From positions 1 to 15,867 of the forward strand of contig JBHGNT010000773.1 of NCBI GenBank assembly GCA_043228905.1: a DNA stretch of 15,867 bases, read 5' to 3'. A model generated the notes under the pieces. The model had not been told where the DNA came from and made no database searches. It saw nothing but the letters and a program-made list of their open reading frames with translations. Shown here piece after piece: positions 7,184-15,867 of the stretch. Numbering within the stretch: position 1 is the first letter of the stretch; each line of letters begins with the position of its first letter. Source of the DNA: Azolla caroliniana (Eukaryota > Plantae > Polypodiophyta). The translations under genes were made by a program, and so were the position numbers.

Positions 7184-9826
7184 CAATGGGTTAATTCCTT
7201 CCTTTGAAGACTTAGTGTGTGGATCGCATCAATAAGTAGTGGAAAAGGATTGATGAGGGAAGCATGATGCCAGGGAGAGAGACAGACAGACAGACAGACA
7301 CACAGAAAAGAGAAAGAGACCCAAGTTATCCTCCTGCCCAAATTAGGAAACCCCAATTTAAGCACTCTCATACTACTACTTAGATCCACATAATCTGATG
7401 AAAACTGAGATTCTTGTTCATTTTTGGTCTGTAAATAGTAACCCAACCTTCCCCATTGGCACCCCGAGTTTGCGAATGGGTTTCCCGCACACCCCCCGAG
7501 TGTGTCGTTTAAGTCCGAGGTCCACTTATTGGGCAGCCATTACCGAGCCTTGAAAATGTGGCATTGTGCTCATATGGTGGTCACACACAATTGGCGAGCG
7601 AAACGTATGTACAAGATAGCTGGCAGTACAAGCAGTCGAGCAAGCTTGAGGCTAGAAGGAAAGCATAGGGAAATGGGCATTGTGTGGTGTTGACATGACA
7701 TGACAATGATCGATTGGGTTCTCAAAAGACTGGGGGTAATATATCTGGCAACCATCTTGAACTTCCGCAATGTGTACTTCATTCCATCGTGGTTGCCCTC
7801 GGAAATACGCGAGCTCTAATGAAGTCTGATGACAAATAATATGGCTACCAAAAAATGGTCATGGTTTGGAGTGACACTTGACCACAATTGTTACAGAATG
7901 GAATTTGAACTATGTAGTGTCCATTGTCAAACCAACCAACCATTACTTCTAAATATTCATGATTGTTCTGTAGAATACAATATTCTTAACTAGTTGTGGA
8001 CAAACCAATAAAGGGGTTGTACAACCTAGTTGGGTATGGTCAAAGGCAAGGGTTGTTATAGATTGTTATGACATCTTCATGATCCAACATAGGACCTATA
8101 TTGTTAGGCACAAAGATTTTAGTGGCCTTCTAGTGTGCTTAGTTAAGTAGCGTTGCATGAAATTGTTTCAACTTCACGTTTTGAATTGTGTATTGGCCAA
8201 ATGAGGGCCAGGATATGGGATTGGAAATATGTTATGGTTACAATGAGCCAATGACCTCATTTATCGAGGCCATGTTGAAAGAAATGCAAATTTAGGCAAA
8301 TATATATGCTAATATTCTTATTTTTGTCATGACTTCTTGACATTATGTTTTTCTTATTCCTTCAATCTGGCTTAAGTACATCATTAGTGGTGAAACTAAA
8401 AGACCAACACCTTTGCTTTGGAGATTATTGATAGTCATCATTAAGTAGACAACGAATGTTGAGGTACTCAAAATATCAAGCACATATATAATTCAATTTT
8501 TGTATTTGAAATCAGATTTAAGCTCGAGTTATGTTTGGGATACTCTTAAAAATATATGTGAACAACTAGAGTCCATTTTTCATGATAACTAGTTACCACT
8601 TTAATTAAAGGATATGAGTTTTGAGTTCAGACATACAAGGCATTCCTTGCAACATATCAACATTTCACCATCTGTTTTGTAAATATCTCTTGAAGTAGTG
8701 TAATCCAAAAGGAATTTAATAATTGACCAATTGATTGCACTATGCAAAATCAACTACATTTCAAGGATGCTCATACAAAACTTTGTCAATATTCTCCATA
8801 ATGAACCAAACAAAAGAATCTTGTCAAAAGAGGGCTATTTTTAAGTTATAGCATTGCCACTAAGTTGTCATGGTGGAGAGCCACCACCATGTGCATACTA
8901 TTTAGAAATGTATCTATAAGCACAAGGGCATTTAGGGCAATGAGAAAACATAAAATGATTTAAACAATTTGGACTACAAGTACAATGAGAGGACATGTTG
9001 CAATTCTTTTCTTTCAATTTTGGGTGTTATAAGCATGATTAGTTAATGTTAAGCACATGTTGATGATAAATAGTTTATCAAATGACAATGCTAAACGATG
9101 CACATTTATTCATTCCAATCGACCACTTGAAACTCACCTAAAAGACTTAAACCCCATTATTGTTCCTAGTTTGTGTCTTGTTGCTGCAATCATATGATGT
9201 TGTCATGATTCCCTAGTGTCAAAACACCAAACTCTACAATTTCTTGGTTTTCTATTCCTTGAGAATTAGAATTGTTTTGCTCTTGTCATTTTGATCCTCA
9301 CAACCAAGAAAGATATATGTTTATAGACCATTTTAGTAATTTAACATAAACACTTCATCAACTTTTCACCACACCTACCCAAAACTTTCTCATTTCATAG
9401 AATATGGTGCCAGAATTTTGCCATGATTAAGTTATAGTTTTGCGAATATGGTAAGAAAACATCTTTACACATCTATCATGCAAATGTATTGCCTACAAGA
9501 GTCAAGACCATGGATTTTCAATCTCAAAAACTAGCATGAATATAAAATACTCTTGACATATATCCAAAACATATCAACATCATATCACCAAATACAATAG
9601 ATATCAACAATTGCGACTAATAATCTCAATCATGGACCCAAAGAGTTCAACATGAGCAACTCAATTAAAGCCTACTTTTCTCTCTCTCAAATAATGTGAT
9701 GATAGTAGTCAACTAACTATACACATTTTTCCCAAAAAAAGTTGGGGTGTCTTAAGTATCACACTTTGATACAATCCTTTAGGTTTATCACATTCGACTA
9801 TGCTTTCCGCACACCTTTGACCAAAC

Positions 9827-10428
9827 TAACAATCAACAACGGTTCAGTTTGAACCGAACCGAACCGTGAAACCACGACTTAATGGTTTAAATGGTTCGGT
9901 TAGGATTGGTCCAGGTTTGGGGCTTTTTTAATGGTTCAGTTCGGTTTCAATAGTTAGAAACTGTGATTTAAACGGTTTCACGATTTTTTTATTTTTGTAA
10001 TTTTCTTTTAAAAATAAAAATAAAAATAATATAATTTGTTTTTAAATAATCTTTTCATTTTCACGCCTTATTCTCACATTTTAGGAAAATCTTTAAATTT
10101 AAAAAAATTTAAATAATGAAATATTTTAATTTCTAAAATTTAAAATTTAAAAATTGACACAAGCTGAAAACCGAAACCGGACCACAAACTCGTGTTTTAC
10201 CAATTTAATGGCTTAACAGTTTAAATTTTGTTAATGGTTCCGTTAAACGTTTTGTGGTTCGGTTCGGTTCGGTTAACAAAACCGCATTTTACCGATTTAA
10301 TGGCTTAACGAATTGGATTTTTTAAAATGGTTCCGTTTAACGGTTTTGTGATTCGGTTCGGTTCAGGTTTCAAAATTTCTAAACGGTTCGGTTTGGACCC
10401 TCTCGAACCGAACCATTGCCGATTGTTA
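9827..10428. mobile_element. complete non-autonomous hAT-superfamily element (MITE-like, 602 bp)
   Basis: Perfect 8-bp TSD GACCAAAC (9819..9826 and 10429..10436). 26-bp imperfect TIRs: taacaatcaacaacggttcagtttga vs reverse complement of the right end taacaatcggcaatggttcggttcga (5 mismatches, outer 8 nt identical). Dense subterminal AACCG/CGGTT repeats, AT-rich core, no transposase ORF. Confidence 0.9.
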
Positions 10429-11200
10429 GACCAAACTCAATCCTCACACAAGGTTCTTTCACAATTGCATTGTGCACTCCTATTCCTTAAGTTCCTAAAC
10501 ATCGAGAGTTGCTACTCTCTTTCACGTGTATTACATGAAAATGTTATATTTTTTATCTCATAGGTCGTATTTGACCTTTGAAGAAGACCATAAAATCTCT
10601 CTCTCACTCTAAAAGAAAAAGGAAACTACTTCTTTTTATAAATGTCAGGTAATCTACATATGCATGGTTAGTAAAAAAAAATTAGTAAATGTTCAACAAC
10701 TTTTTGATTTGCTTGCTAGAATGCCACTCTTTTTGTATGGCATATGAAAACATTTAATTTTAAGTTACCGAAACTCAAGATTTAATTTTTAGGTGACCAT
10801 TTATAATGCCCAATTAATTTTCTATTCCCACAAAGAATTCATTAATCTAGATATATGTTACAATTAAGCGATTAATAAAAAATATCTAGCATTGCTTCAC
10901 ATTATGTGTGTTAAGTGCAATGGCATCATTTCAACTTCTTCCTTGAAATATGTTGTTTAGAGTTCCTCATCTCAATTATACCAGGGGCATTAGCATACAA
11001 ACTTAAGTGTCATGACTCATGACTAGAGTTGAAATAAGAATCTCATTTCCTAAATCATTGGTTGTTTGTTGTTGACTTTTGCGTTTACTTCCATCTGGTA
11101 GCACTCATATAGGTTTTGGATGTGACTATGTAAATTAAAAGGAAGCTTAGCCTAAAGATGTTAGAAATGCTATAAACTTCATGTGATTCTAATGTTAATA

Positions 11201-11210
11201 CTATATATAA
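11201..11210 (+). promoter_or_regulatory. TATA-like element upstream of the tRNA gene
   Basis: ctatatataa about 30 nt upstream of the tRNA 5' end, the usual position for plant Pol III tRNA genes. Confidence 0.55.
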
Positions 11211-11236
11211 TATCTTTTTACTCGGTAATATAATGT

Positions 11237-11308
11237 GGTCCTATGGTCTAGTGGTTAGGACATTGGACTCTGAATCCAGTAACCCGAGTTCAAGTCTCGG
11301 TAGGACCT
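11237..11308 (+). tRNA. trnQ-CUG: tRNA-Gln (anticodon CTG), nuclear type, intronless
   Basis: 72 nt; acceptor stem GGTCCTA/TAGGACC, D arm with TAGTGG, anticodon arm TTGGA-CT[CTG]AA-TCCAG (anticodon 11270..11272), T arm CCGAG-TTCAAGT-CTCGG, no encoded CCA. Confidence 0.97.
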
Positions 11309-11314
11309 ACGCTG

Positions 11315-11318
11315 TTTT
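11315..11318 (+). terminator. RNA Pol III terminator (T4)
   Basis: TTTT 7 nt after the tRNA, followed by further T-rich sequence. Confidence 0.6.
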
Positions 11319-11548
11319 CTCTTTCTTTATTACTATTAAACGAACTATGTATATTTTTGTCATTATGGGTGGTGTGCATATATGCATTACGCATGTATAA
11401 ACCCGCATAGCCCATTTATATCAAAAAACAGAGTACATATCGTCTCACTGATTTGGCCAATGTTAATCTCTACATATAAATGTGAGAATTATTAATCTCT
11501 ACGTACAAATGTTTTTATACAATAATGATTGGTTTACATTAGCGTGTT

Positions 11549-11564
11549 CTCTCTCTCTCTCTCT
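11549..11564. repeat. (CT)8 microsatellite
   Basis: Directly visible. Confidence 0.85.
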
Positions 11565-11838
11565 AAATCGTACCATAATGTTATTTCATTGATAAGGTCT
11601 GAAGATATGTAACAATAGTAAAGGATATGAGGGAATGAAAGAAACTTATTTGAGAACATTATGTGGTTCTTGGTTTTAATGAATTTTTGTCTCAAAAATG
11701 TGATTCTTCTATATTGGAAGACCGAGAGATGATGTTGCCAAATCTTTAGAGAACTCAGGAACTTCTAGGAGCTAAACAACACAATATATGGCAAGCATCT
11801 ATTGGATGCTAGGGTCCTAAAGACCACCATTTTCTCTA

Positions 11839-12100
11839 CTACAATATGAACTCATGGCTGGATAAACATGTATTCCATGTCTCCTTGGGATGAGGGATGC
11901 TACCAAATACATCAAAACCTTCACCATCCCATCTTGTATAATAGGTGACAACCTTTTCACCAAGCTCAACCCCACACACAATCATCCACTTTCCTAATGA
12001 GCTAGTTAAAAACATTAGGTCATTAATACATTTATCTTCCACAACTTGACCTTCTTACCAAATAACTTATTTAACCACGGTATACATACCTTAGTGTTTC
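11839..12100 (-). mobile_element. possible highly degenerate LINE (L1) ORF2 C-terminal relic
   Basis: Minus strand reads WLNKLFGKKVKLW / EDKCI across a 1-nt frameshift, resembling the plant L1 W-x4-5-G-x4-FWxDxW motif. No RT core seen. Confidence 0.25.
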
Positions 12101-12757
12101 CCAATCACTTTTTGACTACCCAAACAATATGGTCATCAGTAAATTTCTGAGTGCATATGGCCAACGTAAAAAAATATTGGTTTGGATTCTTCTTCCCGAG
12201 ATGTTAACAATAAATAAAGGGAGGAACATCACTCGATGTCTACGTATTGTCTTGCAAATCAGTTAATTACCGTTTGCCTTGTTTGTATGTAGTGAGAGTC
12301 ATCAACAGGAAGAGGCCCCCTTACTTTGGTGTCTGCCAAGATTCTACGGCCAACCTTCCTAATTGCTAAGATTCTTGGGGGTTGCCAATCCGACACTCCC
12401 AAAATCACTGAATTCCAATAGCACCTCAATAAATTTTAAATGTGAAAAGGCGATACAAATGAAATATCATGAATGAATTGTCCACAAATTTTATTCATTT
12501 GACCAGCGAAAAAAAATTCAGATGTAATAGGAACATGTAAAAAAAGATACAAAAATCCAAAACTTCTGCTAGCACAAACCAGTCAGTCAAGTGTGCCAAG
12601 CTAAAAAAATATTGAAACCGCGTTCTTTCTATTTGTACCTCTTATCTAATAACATTGCTAATAGCTGATCAATGGAATCAAGCTATAAATATAACCAAAA
12701 AAACGCATTGATCGATCTTATCGAAATCGATCAAAGCCTAAAGAATAATTGAGCCAA

Positions 12758-12779
12758 GATGAGGATGAGGATGAGGATG
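12758..12779. repeat. (GATGAG)n short repeat in the probable myosin 3' UTR
   Basis: gatgaggatgaggatgaggatg. Confidence 0.75.
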
Positions 12780-12937
12780 GTAAGGATAATGATGAGTGAA
12801 TGACTAATGGCTGAATGGAGTTTACATTTTACTTGCTACTTTACAATCCATTTTACAATAAAGGGTATTAGCAGATTCCAAACTCTTGAAAAAATGGCAG
12901 AGTCCAGATATTTTATTCTGCTAAATAAAAACACATA

Positions 12938-13061
12938 TTATGCTGCTTGAGGTTGTAAGAAAAAGAAACCAGGATTTTCTCGAAGAACATTAGGAGGATC
13001 AATATCAGATAGATCTGTTTCTGGCATCGATTTTGATATATCATCAACAGAAAAGGGAATG
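12938..13061 (-). CDS. myosin XI terminal coding exon IPFSVDDI...FLQPQAA*
   Basis: ttgcag| acceptor, stop TAA ending at 12938. Confidence 0.97.
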
Positions 13062-15867
13062 CTGCAATGCACAAAGAAAGGAAAAAATGTCAATATCTGC
13101 TTCCAAGTATTCAAATGCTTTTTCATAAATCATCAACTTATGACGAACCTTGAGTCATCATCCAGTAGGAAAGAGTTGCTCATTGCATTGTTTGAATCTT
13201 CTGTCATCAAGACTCTCATGCTTGCAATAACCTGGCAGAGGAACCCAGATTTAACACCCTTGTATCAAATTTCCAAGAAAAAGTTTCACAATTAACTAGA
13301 GATAGTTTTCCTTGATGAATTTCATGATGCATTTGAATTAATATACTTTCAACAATAGATTCTCAAAGATTAATGTCAATATTAATTATTTTAAACCTAA
13401 AATGTTAACAATCAACAAAATGGGAGGTGAAACAAAAACAAAGATCAAGCACAACAGTTGTCCATATGATGTTCATTAATTTATCCTCACCTCAGTAGAA
13501 ACACTGTGAGTTCCATATTTATCATCCCAATACATAGTGCTGATGCGATAAAGTTGTTGTATGCTTAGCACCTAAGGCACACATGTAACCCAACATAAGA
13601 TAATATTTTACAACACATGACCTAACACAAACTAATGCACAATATATGGTTCTACATACAGGACAAAGATCATGAGTTATCTCATCCAGTGATTTCTTTG
13701 GTTTCTGGTGTATAACCTGGCAAAAATCATAACAATCAGGTCAGCAGAAATTAAGAATGGAATAGAAATAAACAGTGTGCAGGCACACATACGACACTAC
13801 AAAAGTTACCAGGAATCCAACAGCCTGCCTTATGTGCTTTAGCTCATCCCAGGATTTTCCAGCGTACTACAAAAAGAATGCAATTTGTATTGAATCCAAA
13901 CTCATATAACCAAAAAACGACATGGCATGAATTCCAATTACTGTTTCTGAAGCATCATACGCCCAACGTTCTAACTCTGCTAACCCAGCTTTGACATATT
14001 CCCCATTACTGAATGAACAGCATTCTCTTCGCAATAACAGACTGAACCACAAAAAAGTTCATTATAAAATAAAATAATCCAATAGGTACAAATTTAGGGT
14101 TTGTGATGCCAACAACATGTTATCACCTGTTGAAAAGCTGAACATTAATGTAGGAAAATATCTGAGTAAAAACTTTGCTGATGAAAAATGATGGCACCTG
14201 ATATGAACATATACAAACAGAAGTTAATAGAAAAATTATTCAATTCCAAACTTTGAGAAAACAAATGTACAAAGTGTTTCAAAGCTGTTGATTACATTAT
14301 TAGCACGCATGATGCTCAGCAAGCTACTGAGACTCTTAATAATGCCATGCCAATGGCTACTCAGTATTTGCTGTGCAGCACTACTGGCATGTACAGACCT
14401 TGATGCAGCTTTTCCTAGTGTTGTTCTTGATGTTCTAGGTGCCTGTAAAAATCATGATGCAACCAAAACTTATGAACCTTCTTAAAAGACAATGGCCATT
14501 CACAAAGTATAATGAACCAGACAAACATTTGCCAACCTGGATGCAAAGCCCAAGCAGGGGTGTTATTTCTTTCTTTAAATTATCTCGAATCATTCCATAT
14601 ATCTTCTCCACATATGCGGTAAGTTGTTGCTTGAACAACAACGCAGGATACTTTGCTTCCACCTGTCTCAATGAATCTAACCCACCTATGATGTTGCCAT
14701 TAGAAAATGACAAACCTCCAGGTGAGGAACGGAAGCTCTGAAAAACATTGATGTGAGTAATCATAAAATATGCTGAAATACTTAAATACATCTATAATTG
14801 CATGGCAAAAACTCTGAAATTCCGAACTATTCTTTTGTTCCCCAAATACCCCTAATTTTTCTTTCTATGGTATGACTGGTCAAACCCCGAAAGAGCAAAG
14901 TAAATGATTAATACAATTGGTCAAGTAGTACATGTAATGGAGAAATGAACATAGATTGATCACATAATCATTCATTACCACATGTAATTGTTCCAGGAGG
15001 GGTTACCAACGGCATTTGAGGGAATAACAAGAACTAAGGGGGTAATAGAACATATAATTGTTCCAGACGGAGTTAAGAAAGGGCATTTGGGGGAATAACA
15101 GAACTTATGGGCATTCCTGAGAAAAATATATATTTAGAATTTGAAATTTTTGCCTATTTGCATTGGTGCTAAATTTATAGCTAGGTTTACAACAGATTTT
15201 TACCTGAGTCATTCTACCAAAAAGAGTAGCTGACGGTGTTCTTCGCCTCTGCTGACCAAGGCCACCTGCACCACTTGCTTTCAAAGTGCGTTGAAGAAGA
15301 GAAAGTAGCATTGATGTGTTGGATAACCAATATGCTAGAACATCGTTATTCTCCTGGCTCTATGAAACGCCAAGTTCATTGAAGTAAATGTACTATCTAT
15401 GCACAATTGATTCCTCTGAGCCTACTCAAAAGTTCATACCTCAATTGCGGTTCCAATAGTCTGTATTATGCGATCAAAAACATTTGTTCTCTCTGCTTCA
15501 AAGGAACGCCACTGTAGTAATGACTTGTAGATAATCGAAGCCGCAATAGGTCTATCCCGACTGAATCCCACATCTTGACCAACACATTTCAATAGTGCTT
15601 CCAGATTCTCCTATAGACAGGGTAGAGATATTAGTCCAAATAGACAAAGGTTCTTGACAGACATGAATGCTGTACTAATATCGTCAAAAACATGAAATCG
15701 AGTACTTAAGAATCTAATCTATACTTCGACAAGAAGATTCATGCAAACTAAGCACATAAATCACTTCAACTCTAGTGAACAAAGACAATCAGATGTAATC
15801 ACCTGCTGTCTGTCTGGTGTAAGGATCTTCTGGCGCCTTTGTTCTTCTGCTGCAGGTTGTTCCTTTT
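12938..15867 (-). CDS. class XI myosin, C-terminal globular tail (DIL domain); last 12 coding exons, gene continues beyond the window
   Basis: complement(join(12938..13061,13149..13231,13491..13571,13660..13716,13810..13866,13942..14041,14127..14197,14296..14442,14537..14737,15204..15359,15440..15610,15803..>15867)). All introns GT-AG, phases consistent, no internal stop. Hallmark peptides [135 protein letters not shown]. Confidence 0.98.
13149..13231 (-). CDS. myosin XI exon, 83 nt, [27 protein letters not shown](S)
   Basis: tgccag| acceptor, AAG|GTTCGT donor, phase 2. Confidence 0.97.
13491..13571 (-). CDS. myosin XI exon, 81 nt, [27 protein letters not shown]
   Basis: ccttag| acceptor, GAG|GTGAGG donor. 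Confidence 0.97.
13660..13716 (-). CDS. myosin XI exon, 57 nt, [19 protein letters not shown]
   Basis: tgccag| acceptor, CCT|GTATGT donor. Confidence 0.97.
13810..13866 (-). CDS. myosin XI exon, 57 nt, [19 protein letters not shown]
   Basis: ttgtag| acceptor, CTG|GTAACT donor. Confidence 0.97.
13942..14041 (-). CDS. myosin XI exon, 100 nt, [17 protein letters not shown]...ASET
   Basis: gttcag| acceptor, ACA|GTAATT donor. Confidence 0.97.
14127..14197 (-). CDS. myosin XI exon, 71 nt, [23 protein letters not shown](S)
   Basis: tatcag| acceptor, CAG|GTGATA donor, phase 2. Confidence 0.97.
14296..14442 (-). CDS. myosin XI exon, 147 nt, APRTSR...IMRANN
   Basis: ttacag| acceptor, AAT|GTAATC donor. 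Confidence 0.96.
14537..14737 (-). CDS. myosin XI exon, 201 nt, SFRSSPGG...LLGLCIQ
   Basis: tttcag| acceptor, CAG|GTTGGC donor. Confidence 0.97.
14981..15110. repeat. diverged ~70-bp tandem duplication in a myosin intron
   Basis: catgtaattgttccag...ggcatttgagggaataacaagaact (from 14981) vs catataattgttccag...ggcatttgggggaataacagaact (from 15051). Confidence 0.75.
15204..15359 (-). CDS. myosin XI exon, 156 nt, [14 protein letters not shown]...FGRMTQ
   Basis: tcatag| acceptor, CAG|GTAAAA donor. Confidence 0.97.
15440..15610 (-). CDS. myosin XI exon, 171 nt, ENLEALLKC...TIGTAIE
   Basis: ctatag| acceptor, GAG|GTATGA donor. Confidence 0.97.
15803..15867 (-). CDS. myosin XI exon (partial) [21 protein letters not shown]
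   Basis: Donor CAG|GTGATT, phase 0. Confidence 0.9.

Noticed and set aside
7134-7290. Partial resemblance to miR535 (tgacaaggggagagagag) and to the miR408 complement (gccagggagagagacag)
   Set aside because: Several mismatches, low-complexity GA repeats, and no precursor hairpin.
8755-8835. FKDAH ... SCQKR, reminiscent of the gypsy integrase zinc-binding region
   Set aside because: Too short, wrong spacing, and no flanking integrase similarity visible.
9840-10415. Regular GAACC/GGTTC repeats as a possible CRISPR-like array
   Set aside because: Eukaryotic context, no constant repeat-spacer period, and fully explained as transposon subterminal repeats.
10327-10563. 78-aa ORF in the supplied track
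   Set aside because: Straddles the right end of the hAT element and translates its pentamer repeats.
11463-11512. 21-nt direct repeat with a 29-nt period (ttaatctctac...aaatgt)
   Set aside because: Real, but an ordinary short local duplication with no associated structure.
12708-12734. 9-bp hairpin ttgatcgat/atcgatcaa in the probable myosin 3' UTR
   Set aside because: Short and built from self-complementary ATCGAT words; no evidence of function.
13059-14741. Plus-strand ORFs 13059..13295, 14288..14485 and 14439..14741 (also 5923..6129)
   Set aside because: Antisense shadows of myosin or CML exons, with no independent protein features.

Overview
AT-rich eukaryotic nuclear DNA from a land plant, with GT-AG introns, microsatellites and TE debris. 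The myosin tail looks more like non-seed-plant (fern/bryophyte-type) myosin XI, which is inference only. Well supported: (i) the last 12 coding exons of a class XI myosin (DIL cargo-binding tail) on the - strand, 12938..15867; (ii) a tRNA-Gln(CTG) gene at 11237..11308; (iii) a CML17/18-like four-EF-hand protein on the - strand, 5992..6582, probably with a small upstream exon; (iv) a complete 602-bp non-autonomous hAT-like element with TIRs and a perfect 8-bp TSD (9827..10428). Most interesting: a 5'-incomplete spliced + strand gene (741..953, 3944..4047, 4375..4564) whose joined product has the motif order of a PD-(D/E)XK restriction-endonuclease-like domain of the Crinkler/CR-effector type. 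This call rests on motif recognition by eye and needs an HMM or structure search. Its 3-kb intron holds two diverged copies of an unidentified decayed ORF, a recent 83-bp tandem duplication and stop-interrupted exon-like relics. Most ORFs in the supplied six-frame track are spurious or partial exons.
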